DNA from: Candidatus Latescibacterota bacterium
GTDB taxonomy: Bacteria > Latescibacterota > UBA2968 > UBA8231
Length of the DNA stretch: 64,000 nt
Reading direction: 5' to 3'
Assembly: GCA_964291625.2 (NCBI GenBank)
Contig: OZ220089.1
Location: forward strand, 2,272,001-2,336,000
Shown piece after piece: positions 17,803 through 28,571 of this stretch; the stretch's first letter is position 1; the number at the start of each line of letters is the position of its first letter. The notes under the pieces were generated by a model. That model did not search any database, had not been told where the DNA came from, and saw only the letters and a program-made list of their open reading frames with translations. The position numbers and the translations under genes are program-made.

Positions 17803-18836
17803 TCGATCACCTCCCGGGCATAGCCGAAGAGCGCGGGGTTGCCGCCCGTGTGCAGGAAGACCACGGGGCCGTCCCCCTTCGTCAGCTTGCCCTGGCGCAC
17901 GTGGGCGAACAAGGCCGCCATCGCCTTGCCCGTGTAGACCGGATCGAGCAGCACCCCCTCGGTTCGGGCGGTGGTGCGCACCGCCTCGAGGCAGGCCTCG
18001 GTGGGGATCCCGTATCCCGGGCCCACGAAGGACTCCTCGTTGTCGAAGTCGTCGGCGGTCAGCTCCACCTCCAGGCCGATGCGGCGGGCGCCCTGAAGGG
18101 CGATGCGGCGCATCTCCTCCTGCCGGCGCGGCCAGCCCTCGACAGGCGTGAAGCCGCGCACGTGGATGCCGCTGCCCAGGTACTTGAGGCCGAGGACGAC
18201 CCCGGCCTGGGTGGTGTCGTGGGCGGCCACGTACAGGAACCGGGGCTCGATGCCCAGCTGCCGCGACTGCCGCACCACCTCCAGCGCCGCCTCGGCATAG
18301 GCGAGGGCGTCGAGGTCGACCGTCTCCTCCGTGCGCGGCTCGTAGACCTTGCGGCCCTCGGCGCGCAGCTGGTCCGCCTTGTCCGCGAGGGCCTCGCCGT
18401 GGGACCGGCGGCCGGAATCGTCGTGGACGGTCACATGGGCGCCGAGGAGTCGCATCAGCAGGTGGTTGCCCTGCACCTCCTCGCGGTCGATGCCGCGCAC
18501 CGGGCGCAGGACCAGGTGCAGCTCCAGGCCCAGGCGGGCGCAGGCGGCCGACATCTGCCGGCAGTAGTTGGACTGCACGGCCGAGCCGGTGACGATCACC
18601 TCGGCGCCCCGCTCCCTGGCGTCGGCGAGGGAGAACTCGAGCATGCGCGTCTTGTTGCCGCCGAAGGCCAGGCCCGTCAGGTCGTCTCGCTTGATGTAGA
18701 TGTCGGGGCCGCCGAGCTCGGCGCCGAGGCGGGTCATCGGCTCCAGGGGCGTGGGGCGCACCGAGGCCAGCCGCACCCTGGGCAGGGCGGCCAGGGCGGT
18801 CTCGAACTCGCGCTCCCGGGCTGGGGTCATGGTCAT
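17799..18836 (-). CDS. D-cysteine desulfhydrase / ACC deaminase family PLP enzyme
   Basis: PTPLE, KRDDLTG..GGNKTR, QSNY, LLDPVYTGKA, HTGG; ATGA overlap at 18833-18836. Confidence 0.9.
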   Translation of the reverse strand: MTMTPAREREFETALAALPRVRLASVRPTPLEPMTRLGAELGGPDIYIKRDDLTGLAFGGNKTRMLEFSLADARERGAEVIVTGSAVQSNYCRQMSAACARLGLELHLVLRPVRGIDREEVQGNHLLMRLLGAHVTVHDDSGRRSHGEALADKADQLRAEGRKVYEPRTEETVDLDALAYAEAALEVVRQSRQLGIEPRFLYVAAHDTTQAGVVLGLKYLGSGIHVRGFTPVEGWPRRQEEMRRIALQGARRIGLEVELTADDFDNEESFVGPGYGIPTEACLEAVRTTARTEGVLLDPVYTGKAMAALFAHVRQGKLTKGDGPVVFLHTGGNPALFGYAREVIE

Positions 18837-19948
18837 CGTCCTTTCGGCCAGCCCCTGGCCGGCAGCTTCGGCAGCTTGGCCTGGCGGTGGCACTCCTCCA
18901 TCACCGCCATCTGCACGCGCACCTGCCGTGGAGTGATCTCGAGCCGGGCGCCGCCGCGCAGAACCTCGTGGAGGTGATCGTAGAACCGCCGCGACATCCA
19001 CCGGAAGGCGTCGGCCTCGTCCTTCGACGGCGTCCAACTGTCCTCGGTGAACTCCAGCTCCTCCCGGCAGTAGGCCCGCTCGGGCAGGGGGCTGCGGATC
19101 AGCCGCTGCCTCGGCGTCCGCTTCTCATCGTACCAGCGCCACCGCAGGCCGCCGTTGCCGCCGCTCAGACCGCCCCGCGTCCCCTGGGCGTTGATCGTCT
19201 CCCCCGGCGGGTAGGCGTCGCAACTCGAGATCTCCAGGTCGATCACCGGGGCGCCCTTCTTCCGGAGCACCACCTTCACGTAGTCCTCGGCATCGCCGGA
19301 GGTGTTGGCCCGGTCCATGGCGCAGAACACCTCGTCCGGCTTGCGGAATCCCTGAAGACAGACGGCCCAGTCGAGGAAGTGAGGCCCGGTGTTGAGCAGA
19401 TTGCCGCCCTTGAACTCCTGCAGGGTCTGCCAGTCCCAGCGGCGGGCGAAGCCGTTGGCCGTGATCCGCACCTGCAGGATGCGCCCCAGCACGCCGGAGT
19501 CGATGACCTCGAGGGTCTTGCGGAACAGGGCCCGGTAGCGGGACTGCTGGAAGGGCGCCAGGACGCGGCGGGCCCTGCCGGCGGCGGCGATCATGCGGTC
19601 GAGCTGGGCCACGTTCCAGGCGGCGGGCTTCTCGCAGACCACGTGGTGGCCGGCCTTCAAGGCCTCGATCGTCACCGGCGGGTGCAGGTGCGACGGCAGG
19701 GCGTTGACCACGAGGTCGAGGTCGTCGCGGGCCAACAGATCGCGGTGCTCCCGGTAGCTGTCGCAGCCGAAGCGGCTCTCGGCCTCCCGGCGGCGGTCGG
19801 CGAGCAGATCGGCCACGGCGGCGATGCGGTACTTCCGGGGCGACTGCTCGAACCAGCGGCAGTGGATGCCGTAGCCGCTGCGGCCCTGCCCCAGGACGCC
19901 GACGCGCAGCGGGCCGGAGGTGCGGCGGCGCGGAGTGGCGGCGGACAT
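18833..19948 (-). CDS. Gfo/Idh/MocA family oxidoreductase
   Basis: VLGQGRSG, CEKP, RRWDWQT, GGNLLNTGPH. Confidence 0.9.
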   Translation of the reverse strand: MSAATPRRRTSGPLRVGVLGQGRSGYGIHCRWFEQSPRKYRIAAVADLLADRRREAESRFGCDSYREHRDLLARDDLDLVVNALPSHLHPPVTIEALKAGHHVVCEKPAAWNVAQLDRMIAAAGRARRVLAPFQQSRYRALFRKTLEVIDSGVLGRILQVRITANGFARRWDWQTLQEFKGGNLLNTGPHFLDWAVCLQGFRKPDEVFCAMDRANTSGDAEDYVKVVLRKKGAPVIDLEISSCDAYPPGETINAQGTRGGLSGGNGGLRWRWYDEKRTPRQRLIRSPLPERAYCREELEFTEDSWTPSKDEADAFRWMSRRFYDHLHEVLRGGARLEITPRQVRVQMAVMEECHRQAKLPKLPARGWPKGR

Positions 19949-20127
19949 GGAAGGCGTGCTCGACGGAAGGGGTGGTCGTTGGAGAACGCGGGCAAGACTA
20001 CGAAGGGCAGGTGACCGCAGCCACCCGGCGGGAGTCCCCCGAGGACCTCCGTCTGCCGCCGGCGCGCCACCCGCGGAGGACGCAGCTCTGCGTTGCCGCC
20101 GGTGGGTGCCGCCTTACCTTACCCGGG

Positions 20128-20862
20128 ATGATCCAACGCCTCGACGATGTCGCCCTCCCCACGGGGGAGCCCGTGGCCCTGTTCTCGGGCACCCCGCGGG
20201 AAACCCCGTGGCCGCAGCTCGACCTGATCGACCTGCCGGCCGGCGCCGTGCACGGGGCCCGCCCGGCCCCGGACGTGGAGTGCGGCTACCTGCTGTTGCG
20301 CGGGACGGCGGCCGTCGGCCCAGCCGAGGGTGCACCCGTGGCCGCGGACGCGCCCGCGGCGCTCCTGTGCGGCGTGGGTGCCGACCACCGTGTGACCGCC
20401 GGGCCCCGGGGCGCCCGCCTCATCGCCATCGGGGTCAGCGGCGCCGACCCCGGCGGCGGTCGGTTCCTGACCGAGCCCTTCACCCGCGACCGGCTGCCCT
20501 GGCGCGATGCCATCCACGGCGGCGGCGGCCGCATCGCCACCCGGCACCTGTGGGGGCCGGAGGACTTCGCCAGCAGCTGGACCTTCGTCGACCACGCCGT
20601 CCTCTCCCGGGGCAGCTCCCTGGGGCGCCACTACCACGAGCACATGGACGAGGTCTTCGTCGTCCTCTCGGGGGCCGGAGACATGACCATCGGCGACCGC
20701 ACCACGCGCATCGGTCCCGGCCACGTCACCCTGCAGCGCCCCGGCGAGGGCCACGGCCTCCTCAACCCCTGCGAGGAGCATCTCGACTTCGTGCGCGTCG
20801 CCGTGACCGAGAAGGGCAAGACCTTCACCACCATCGATCTGCACACCGGAGACCTCCCATGA
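20128..20862 (+). CDS. cupin domain protein (bicupin)
   Basis: HYHEHMDEVFVVLSG...GEGHGL metal-binding cupin motifs; start uncertain. Confidence 0.75.
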   Translation: MIQRLDDVALPTGEPVALFSGTPRETPWPQLDLIDLPAGAVHGARPAPDVECGYLLLRGTAAVGPAEGAPVAADAPAALLCGVGADHRVTAGPRGARLIAIGVSGADPGGGRFLTEPFTRDRLPWRDAIHGGGGRIATRHLWGPEDFASSWTFVDHAVLSRGSSLGRHYHEHMDEVFVVLSGAGDMTIGDRTTRIGPGHVTLQRPGEGHGLLNPCEEHLDFVRVAVTEKGKTFTTIDLHTGDLP

Positions 20863-21827
20863 CGAGCGCCACCGACACCTCCCGCCGCATGGCCGACGCC
20901 GCCCTCGCCTTCGTCGACGCTCTCGACGAGGCCCAGCGCAACCAGGCGCGCCTCGACTTCGGCGACGACGCCGAGCGCACCAACTGGCACTACATCCCCC
21001 GCGAGCGCGCCGGCCTGCCGATCAAGGAGATGGACGCCGCCCAGCGGGCCCGGGCGCTGGATCTCGTGGCCACCGGGCTGAGCGCGCCGGCCCACCAGCG
21101 GGCGCAGACGATCATGGCCCTGGAGGCGGTGCTGGCCGAGGTCGAGGGGCGCGGCCGCCGCTGGGCCCGCGACGAGGAGCTCTACTACGTGAGCCTCTTC
21201 GGCGAGATCGGCGGCGAGGGGCCCTGGGGCTGGCGCTTCGAGGGCCATCACATCTCGCTGAACAACACCATCCTCGGGGACCGGGTCTCGGCGGCGCCCC
21301 TGTTCTTCGGCGCCAACCCCGCCGAGGTCCGCCACGGCGAGAGCGAGGGGCTGCGGGCCCTGGCCGCCGAGGAGGACCTGGCCCGCGACCTGCTCTCCCA
21401 GCTCGACGGCGAGCAGCGGGCGCAGGCGGTGATCTCCGCCCAGGCGCCGGACGACATCCTCACCCGCAACGTGCCGCGCGTCGGCGGCGAGGTCGCCCCC
21501 GAGGGGCTGGCCGGCGGCGACATGAGCCCCGGCCAGCGCGAGCTGCTGGAGGCCCTGGTGCGCGTCTACGTCGAGCGCCAGCCGGAGGCCCTGGCCGAGA
21601 GCCAGATGCGGAGGCTGCGGCAGCGGGACCTCGAAGCCGCCCACTTCGCCTGGGCCGGCTCGGACCGCCGCGGCGAGGGCCACTACTACCGGGTCCTGGC
21701 GCCCGGCTTCCTGGCCGAGTACGACAACACCCAGAACGACGCCAACCACATCCACGCCGTGTGGCGCGATCTCGCCGACGACTTCGGCGGAGATCTCCTG
21801 CAACGGCACTACGCGCGGAGCCACTGA
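20859..21827 (+). CDS. DUF3500 family protein
   Basis: WHYIP..RAG, WGWRFEGHHISLN, FFGANP, YYRV, EYDNTQNDANHIHAVWRD. Confidence 0.9.
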   Translation: MTSATDTSRRMADAALAFVDALDEAQRNQARLDFGDDAERTNWHYIPRERAGLPIKEMDAAQRARALDLVATGLSAPAHQRAQTIMALEAVLAEVEGRGRRWARDEELYYVSLFGEIGGEGPWGWRFEGHHISLNNTILGDRVSAAPLFFGANPAEVRHGESEGLRALAAEEDLARDLLSQLDGEQRAQAVISAQAPDDILTRNVPRVGGEVAPEGLAGGDMSPGQRELLEALVRVYVERQPEALAESQMRRLRQRDLEAAHFAWAGSDRRGEGHYYRVLAPGFLAEYDNTQNDANHIHAVWRDLADDFGGDLLQRHYARSH

Positions 21828-21829
21828 CC

Positions 21830-22642
21830 ATGAGCACGATCGGCGCCATCCACCACAACTGGCCGGGGTACGACCTCGAAGGCTTCGCCCGGCGGGCCAG
21901 CGAGATCGGCTACGAGTCCTGCGAGCTGCACATCCGCGATCTCTGGGACGAGGCCGACGACGACGGCGGCCGCCGCGCCGAGGAGGTGCGGGCCACGTTC
22001 GAGGGCCTCGGCCTGAAGATCTCGGCGGTCTCCGCGGGCAACGATTTCATCCAGGCCGACCGGGACGACTTCGAGGTCCAGATCCGCCGCTACCGCCGGG
22101 TCTGCGAGATCATACCCAGGGCCGGCACCGACATCGTGCGCTCCGACGGCGGCTGGGACCGCGGCGGAAGGGTGCCCCAGGAGCGCTGGGACGGCATGAT
22201 GCTGGAGGCCTTCCAGCGCTGCGCCGGGTTCCTCGAGGAGCTCGACGTGCGCATCGCCCTCGACAACCACGGGGTCTCCACCAACGACGGCGACTGGCAG
22301 CTGCACCTGATCGAGCGCGTCGGCTCCGACCGCCTCGGGGTCAACCTCGACACCATGAACTACCGCTGGTTCGGCCACGACCTCGACCGCATCGACCACT
22401 TCTACGAGATCCTCGCCCCCCACACCTTCCACACCCACATCAAGGACGGCACCGGCTCCCGCTCCGAGTACAAGGGCGCCGCCCTCGGGGAGGGTGAGAT
22501 CCACCTCGACCACGCGATCCAGTGCCTGCGGAACGCCGGGTACTCCGGCGCCTGGACCGTGGAGTACGAGGGCCCCGAGGGCGAGGGCGGGATCGGCTAC
22601 GAGAAGTGCTACCGGTGGCTGCGGGATAACGTGCCGGAGTAA
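21830..22642 (+). CDS. sugar phosphate isomerase/epimerase (xylose isomerase-like TIM barrel)
   Basis: ALDNHG, VNLDTMN, HTHIKD, LGEG, VEYEG. Confidence 0.88.
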   Translation: MSTIGAIHHNWPGYDLEGFARRASEIGYESCELHIRDLWDEADDDGGRRAEEVRATFEGLGLKISAVSAGNDFIQADRDDFEVQIRRYRRVCEIIPRAGTDIVRSDGGWDRGGRVPQERWDGMMLEAFQRCAGFLEELDVRIALDNHGVSTNDGDWQLHLIERVGSDRLGVNLDTMNYRWFGHDLDRIDHFYEILAPHTFHTHIKDGTGSRSEYKGAALGEGEIHLDHAIQCLRNAGYSGAWTVEYEGPEGEGGIGYEKCYRWLRDNVPE

Positions 22643-22662
22643 GGGACCAGGCGGCGGGGGCG

Positions 22663-25600
22663 TCAGTCCGCCTTCGCCACCTCCTCGATCGCCCGCTCCA
22701 GCCGCGCCGCGGAGACGCGCTCCGCCGTCCCCAGCTCCTGGGCGAAGACCGAGACCCGGAACTCCTCCACCAGCCAGCGCAGGGTCTCGGCCCGCCGGCG
22801 CCGCTCCGGCGAGGCCCCGTCGAGGCCTTCCCGGATCTGCCCCCAGGCGCGGGCGAAGGGCTCCACCTGGGCGGCCTTGCCCGCGTCGCGGCCGCGGTCG
22901 GCCTGGAAGCGGTCGGCGCGCACTGCCATGGCCTTCAGGTAGCGCACGAGGTGGGGCAGGCGGTCGAACTCCAGTCCATCCAGGAAGTCCGCCGGCAGCA
23001 GGCGCCGCAGGTCCTCCTTCAGGCCCGGGTAGGGCCGCGGCTGGGCGCTCAGCCGGGACCTGAGCTCCAGGATCTCCCCCATCAGGTTGAGGAAGCGCCG
23101 CGACAGGCCCTCGAGCCGCTCCCGGGACCGGGCCACCCGGGCCTCGAAGCGCTCCCGGGTCAGGGGGAAGACCCCGCCCTCCAAAAACAGGTAGCGGGCC
23201 AGGTGCTCGTACGCCTGTGCCTCGAACTCGCCCGGATCCCCCGCCAGCCCGTCGGCGGCCAGCGACCGCAGGTCCATCAGCTCCCGCTGGAGCCATACCG
23301 CCTCGTCCTTCAGGGCCAGCTCGCAGAGCCGCTGAAAACCCGCGGGCGTGGCGGCGCGGGCCTCCTCGCGGTCGTGGAAGAGGCGCAGGTGGACCGCGTT
23401 CCCCTCGAGCACCAGGCCCGGGAAGGCGAAGACGGGCACCCCCGAGACCCTGGTCACCTCGAGGCGCTCGGGCAGGTCCCCGAAGTCGAAGCCGGTCACG
23501 TCCTCCCGCTCCCAGCGGCGAGCGGCCTCCCCCCAGGCCTCGAGGTTGACCGCCCCGGCCCCCGCCGGCCGGTCGAGCTGCCCTGAGAGGGCGGCCAGGT
23601 CGCGCCCGGCGGCCAGGGTGGCGCCCTCGCCCTCGATCTCCACCCGCAGGCGCAGGTGTTCGGGGACCGCCTCCAGGTCCCAGTCGGCGCGGCGCACCTG
23701 CACCCGCCAGTGCTCCTCGATGTAGCGCTCCAGGGCGTCGAGGAAGGTGCCGTCCCCGTGGGTGGGCTTCAGGTCGGCGGCGATCCTCCGGGCCGCGGAC
23801 GGCACCGGCACGAAGCGCTTGCGCAGGGCCTTGGGCAGTGACCGCAGCAGCGCCGTGACCCGCTCCTCCACCAGCCCCGGGACGAGCCAGTCGAGGACCT
23901 CCGGCCGCACCGCGTCCAGCAGCCGGTACGGCAGTTGCAGGGTGATGCCGTCGGCCTCCTGGCCCGGCTCGTACCGGTAGGAGAGCCCCAGCCGCACCCC
24001 GTCGATGTCGACCGCCTCGGGGAAGGCCTCGGCGTCGACGCCGGCGGCGCCTCCGAGGAGCCGGGCCTCGTCGGCGAGGAGGAAGTCGTCGCGCCCCCCG
24101 TGGTCGCGGATGACGCGGTTGAGGTCGTGTACCGAAGCCGTGCCCTCCGGCAGCAGCCCGGCGTAGAAGTCGTGGAAGGCGTCGTCGAGGTCGACGGGAG
24201 ATGCCCCGCGCCGGCGGCTCTGCCAGACCTCGAGGCGCTGGTGCAGGCGGCGGTTGTGGTCGAGGAAGCCGTGGCCGGCGCCGTCGATCTCGCCGGCGAT
24301 CAGACCCTCGCGCACGAAGATGTCCCGAGCCTCTCGCGGGGCGATGCGGCCGTAGCCGACGCGGCCCTCGGAGACCACGAGCCCGTGGAGGCGGATGGTC
24401 TCGTGCGCGAGGACGCGTCCGGCCGACCGGCTCCAGTGCGGGTCCCGGTGGCTCATGCGGCACAGGTGCTTCCCCAGGTCCAGGATCCACTCCGGCCGGA
24501 TGGCGGCGCAGGTGCGCGCGTAGAGGCGGTTCGTCTCCACCATCTCCGCGGCCACCACCCACTCCGCCCCCTCGGCCACGGGGCCCGCCCCGTCCCGCCC
24601 ATCCGCCGCCGGCGTCTGGGGCCCGCGCTTCCTCGGCTCGGGGCGCTGGAACAGCCCCGAGCCCGGAAAGAGCATCGCCTTCCGCCCGCGGGGCGCTGCG
24701 TAGAGGTTGCGGTCCTCGCGCCGCCCCACGTGGCTCAGGAGCCCGGTGAGCAGGCAGCGGTGCACGGCGTCGTACGCGGCCTCGCCCCCGGAGGCTTCCG
24801 GCTCGAGCCGGAAGCCGCTCAGCTCCCGCAGGTTGGCCCGCAGCTGGGCGTGGATGTCCCGCCACTCGCGCATGCGCAGGTAGGAGAGGTAGTGCCGCTT
24901 GCAGAACCGGCGCAGCTGCGACTGCGTGCCCTCCTCCATGCGGTCGTGGAAGGCGGTCCAGATGTTGAGCAGGGTGAGGAAATCGGAGCGCGGGTGGACG
25001 AAGCGCCGGTGGGCGAGATCGGCCTTCTCCTCCTCCTCGGCCGGGCGCTCCCGCGGGTCCTGGACGGAGATGGCGGCGGCGATGACCAGGACCTCCGCCA
25101 GGGAGCCCTCGTCGCGGGCCTGCAGGACCATGCGCGACACCGCCGGCGAGATCGGCATGCGCGCCATGTCCCGCCCCATGGGGGTGAGGCGGCGGTCGCC
25201 GTCGATCGCGCCGAGCTCCTCGAGCAACTGGTAGCCGGCGCGGACCGCGGCCTCGGAGGGCGGATCGAGGAAGGGGAAGCTCTCCACCCGCCCAAGCTCC
25301 AGGTCGAGCATCCGCAGGATCACCTCGGCGAGGTTGGCGCGCTGCATCTCCGGCGGGGTGTGCTCGGGCCGCGCCTGCAGGTCCTCCTCGCCGTAGAGGC
25401 GCACGCAGGTCCCGTCCTCGACGCGGCCGCAGCGCCCCTTGCGCTGCTCCGCCGAGGCGCGGCTGATCTCCTCGATCGGCAGCCTCTGAGTCTGGCTCCG
25501 GGGGTTGTAGCGCGAGATCCGCGCCAGGCCGGTGTCGACGACGTAGCGGATGCCGGGGATGGTCAGCGAGGTTTCGGCGATGTTGGTGGCGATGACGATC

Positions 25601-26679
25601 CGCCGCCCCGAGTGGGGTCCGAAGACGCGCTGCTGCTCGGCGGCGCCGAGGCGCGAGAACAGGGGCAGGACCTCCACCCCGCCGGCGCCCTGGCGCCGCT
25701 GCGCCAGCCTGACGGCCAGCAGGTCGCGGGTCTCGCGGATGTCGCGCTCCGACGGCATGAAGACGAGCACGTCGCCGCGGGTCGACGCGGCCAGCAGCCG
25801 CTCGCAGGCGGCCACGGCCCCGTCGGTGTAGGAGAGCCCGCCCTCCTCCCCCTCCAGCAGCTCCTCCAGCGGCCAGTGCCGGACCTCGACCGGGTAGACG
25901 CGGCCCGACACCTGGACGACGGGCGCCCCGTCGAAGGCGCGGGAGAACCTCTCGGTGTCGATGGTGGCCGAGGTGACGACGATCCGCAGGTCGGGGCGGC
26001 GGGACCGAAGGGTGCGCACGTAGCCGAGGAGGAAGTCGATGTTCAGGGAGCGCTCGTGGGCCTCGTCGATGATCAGGGTGTCGTACTCCAGCAGGTCGCG
26101 GTCCGAGCGGACCTCGGCGAGCAGCAGGCCGTCGGTGACGAACTTGATCAGCGTCTCGGGCGAGGTGTGGTCCCGGAAGCGGATCTTCGCGCCCACCTCC
26201 CGCCCCCACTCGACGCCCAGCTCCTCGGCCAGCCGGCGCGAGAGCGACGTGGCCGCCACACGGCGGGGCTGGGTGACGGCGATGCGGGCGTCCCTCCCGC
26301 GGCCGGCGAGGAGGCAGATCTTGGGGATCTGGGTGGTCTTGCCCGAGCCGGTGTCCCCGGCGACGATGACCACGGGATGGGCGCGGATGGCGGCCTGGAT
26401 CTCGTCGGCGCGCTGGCTCACCGGCAGCTCCGCCGGGAAGCCGAGGGTCATCGCCTCCAGGGCCTGCCGGCGCAGGGCGCGGGTCCGCCGCGAGCGGCGG
26501 GCCCGCTCGGCGATGTGGTCGAGGTCCTGCACCAGGCGCCGGGGCGGCCGGCCGCTGGTCAGGGCTTCCCGCAGGCGGCGGAGCCGGCGGCCGAGGCGCA
26601 CGCGGTCCGACATCATGCAGCCGTCAAGGCGGCGCTCGAGGTCGACCAGTCTTGCGTCGGGGGGGGCGGCGGTGCTCAT
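22663..26679 (-). CDS. hrpA: ATP-dependent RNA helicase HrpA
   Basis: GDTGSGKTTQ, DEAHERSLNID, SAT, QRKGRCGR, DUF3418-type C-terminus WLVEEFRVSVFAQELGT. Confidence 0.96.
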   Translation of the reverse strand: MSTAAPPDARLVDLERRLDGCMMSDRVRLGRRLRRLREALTSGRPPRRLVQDLDHIAERARRSRRTRALRRQALEAMTLGFPAELPVSQRADEIQAAIRAHPVVIVAGDTGSGKTTQIPKICLLAGRGRDARIAVTQPRRVAATSLSRRLAEELGVEWGREVGAKIRFRDHTSPETLIKFVTDGLLLAEVRSDRDLLEYDTLIIDEAHERSLNIDFLLGYVRTLRSRRPDLRIVVTSATIDTERFSRAFDGAPVVQVSGRVYPVEVRHWPLEELLEGEEGGLSYTDGAVAACERLLAASTRGDVLVFMPSERDIRETRDLLAVRLAQRRQGAGGVEVLPLFSRLGAAEQQRVFGPHSGRRIVIATNIAETSLTIPGIRYVVDTGLARISRYNPRSQTQRLPIEEISRASAEQRKGRCGRVEDGTCVRLYGEEDLQARPEHTPPEMQRANLAEVILRMLDLELGRVESFPFLDPPSEAAVRAGYQLLEELGAIDGDRRLTPMGRDMARMPISPAVSRMVLQARDEGSLAEVLVIAAAISVQDPRERPAEEEEKADLAHRRFVHPRSDFLTLLNIWTAFHDRMEEGTQSQLRRFCKRHYLSYLRMREWRDIHAQLRANLRELSGFRLEPEASGGEAAYDAVHRCLLTGLLSHVGRREDRNLYAAPRGRKAMLFPGSGLFQRPEPRKRGPQTPAADGRDGAGPVAEGAEWVVAAEMVETNRLYARTCAAIRPEWILDLGKHLCRMSHRDPHWSRSAGRVLAHETIRLHGLVVSEGRVGYGRIAPREARDIFVREGLIAGEIDGAGHGFLDHNRRLHQRLEVWQSRRRGASPVDLDDAFHDFYAGLLPEGTASVHDLNRVIRDHGGRDDFLLADEARLLGGAAGVDAEAFPEAVDIDGVRLGLSYRYEPGQEADGITLQLPYRLLDAVRPEVLDWLVPGLVEERVTALLRSLPKALRKRFVPVPSAARRIAADLKPTHGDGTFLDALERYIEEHWRVQVRRADWDLEAVPEHLRLRVEIEGEGATLAAGRDLAALSGQLDRPAGAGAVNLEAWGEAARRWEREDVTGFDFGDLPERLEVTRVSGVPVFAFPGLVLEGNAVHLRLFHDREEARAATPAGFQRLCELALKDEAVWLQRELMDLRSLAADGLAGDPGEFEAQAYEHLARYLFLEGGVFPLTRERFEARVARSRERLEGLSRRFLNLMGEILELRSRLSAQPRPYPGLKEDLRRLLPADFLDGLEFDRLPHLVRYLKAMAVRADRFQADRGRDAGKAAQVEPFARAWGQIREGLDGASPERRRRAETLRWLVEEFRVSVFAQELGTAERVSAARLERAIEEVAKAD

Positions 26680-26741
26680 CCGATGGAAGGTACGGGCCGT
26701 TCGCGACGGTGTGAACGGCGGGGCCTTCGTACCTTACGGGC

Positions 26742-27980
26742 ATGCATGAATTCATGGACACGCTGGGGGCGTGGTTCGCCGAGCACCCCTTTGAGCGCCA
26801 GGCGGCCCACACCGCCGGTCTCATTCTGCTTGCGTGGGCAACCCACCTGCTGGGCCGCAAGGTCCTGCTGCGCTCCATGACGGTCCTGATCCGGGCGAGC
26901 AGCACCAGGATGGACGACGTGCTGCTCGACCGGGGCGTGCTGAACCGCGCCGCCCTGCTGCTGCCGGTGCTCGTCTTCTACTACGGCGCCGACGGTCTGC
27001 CGGGATCGAGAGAGACGGTCCTGCAGGTGGTCAACGCCGGCCTGCTCATGGTGGTGCTGCTCGTGGCCGGGGCCGTGATCGGAGCCCTGCAGGAGGCGCT
27101 GGCCGACTACGACGCGCGCACCGAGGTGCCGATCAAGAGCTATGCCCAGATCGTGAAGATCGCCCTCTACGTCATCGGCGGTCTCATGACGGTGGCGGTC
27201 CTGACGGGGCGGTCGCCCTGGGTGCTGCTCTCGGGCGTCGGCGCCCTGATGGCCGTGGTCATCCTCATCTTCCGCGACACCCTCCTGTCGCTGACGGCCA
27301 GCTTCACCATCGCCTCCAACCGGCTCGTCAAGGTGGGCGACTGGATCGAGGTCCCCACTTTCGGAGCCGACGGAGACGTCATCGAGATCGCCCTGCACAC
27401 GGTGAAGGTGCAGAACTGGGACAAGACGATCACCACCATTCCCACCCACAAGCTGGTGGACGTCTCCTTCAAGAACTGGCGCGGCATGCAGGACAGCGGA
27501 GGCCGCCGGATCAAGCGCGCCATCCACATCGACATGAACTCGATCCGGTTCTGCGACGCGGAGATGCTGCAGCGCTTTCAACATTTCGAGCTGATCCGTG
27601 ACTACCTGGCCTCCCGTCAGAAGGAAGTGGAGGAGCACAACGCCGAATCCCGGGTCGACGCCTCCGAACTGGTCAACGGCCGGCGCCTGACCAACGTGGG
27701 CACCTTCCGGGCCTACGTGGCCGCCTACCTGCGCAGCCACCCGCTCATCCGCCAGGACATGACCTTCCTGATCCGTCAGCTGGCGCCGACGGGGCAGGGC
27801 CTGCCCCTCGAGATCTACGTCTTCACCAGCACCACCGTGTGGGCCGACTACGAGGGGATCCAGTCCGACATCTTCGACCATCTGCTGGCGGTGGTGCCGC
27901 GCTTCGAGCTGCGCGTCTTCCAGGAGCCCGCAGGGTCGGACTTCGCGGCCGCCTTGCACGCGCCGGCGCCGCGGCCATAA
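26742..27980 (+). CDS. ybdG: mechanosensitive channel MscS family (YbdG/MscM-like)
   Basis: GDWIEVP..GADGDV, VQNWDKTITTIPT, FKNWRGM..SGGRRIKR, LTNVGTFRAY, YEGIQSDIFDH. Confidence 0.9.
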   Translation: MHEFMDTLGAWFAEHPFERQAAHTAGLILLAWATHLLGRKVLLRSMTVLIRASSTRMDDVLLDRGVLNRAALLLPVLVFYYGADGLPGSRETVLQVVNAGLLMVVLLVAGAVIGALQEALADYDARTEVPIKSYAQIVKIALYVIGGLMTVAVLTGRSPWVLLSGVGALMAVVILIFRDTLLSLTASFTIASNRLVKVGDWIEVPTFGADGDVIEIALHTVKVQNWDKTITTIPTHKLVDVSFKNWRGMQDSGGRRIKRAIHIDMNSIRFCDAEMLQRFQHFELIRDYLASRQKEVEEHNAESRVDASELVNGRRLTNVGTFRAYVAAYLRSHPLIRQDMTFLIRQLAPTGQGLPLEIYVFTSTTVWADYEGIQSDIFDHLLAVVPRFELRVFQEPAGSDFAAALHAPAPRP

Positions 27981-28004
27981 GGTAGAGCCGGGGAGGATGA
28001 GAAG

Positions 28005-28571
28005 ATGAGCAGGAGCGACCGCAAGACCCTCGCGGCCATGGTCCGAATGGCGCTGATCCTGCCGGCCTTCGGCCTCGTGCTCCTTCCTCCGGCGCCTGCC
28101 GGGGCGGCGACCCGATCGCAGTTCACCCTGCCGTCCCTCGACGGCAAGGAGTTCTCGCTGCAGAAGGCGCTGGAAGAGGGCCCGGTGATCCTCGATTTCT
28201 GGGCCACCTGGTGCAAGCCCTGCATCAAGGGGCTGCCCGCGGTGCAGAAGATCGCCAAGGAGTTCGAGGATCGCGGTGTGGGGGTCTACGCCGTCAATGT
28301 CGACGGTCCGCGCAATCAGCCCAAAGTGAGGCCCTTCCTCAAGCGCCACCGCCTGGAGCTGCCGGTCCTCCTCGACCATTCGCGGCAGGTGATGAAGCAG
28401 TTCCAGCTGCCCGCGGTGCCGGCGTCGATGATCATCTCCACGGAGGGCGAGGTGGTGTACAAGCACTTCGGGTACAAGCCGGGAGACGAGGTCCGCCTGC
28501 GCGCCCGACTGATGGAGTTGCTGGGAGAGGCCGTTCCCGATTCAACGAAAGGGGAAGCCGATGAGAGCTAG
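28005..28571 (+). CDS. TlpA family thiol-disulfide oxidoreductase (exported)
   Basis: Signal peptide; DFWATWCKPC; cis-Pro AVP; HFGYKPGDE. Confidence 0.92.
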   Translation: MSRSDRKTLAAMVRMALILPAFGLVLLPPAPAGAATRSQFTLPSLDGKEFSLQKALEEGPVILDFWATWCKPCIKGLPAVQKIAKEFEDRGVGVYAVNVDGPRNQPKVRPFLKRHRLELPVLLDHSRQVMKQFQLPAVPASMIISTEGEVVYKHFGYKPGDEVRLRARLMELLGEAVPDSTKGEADES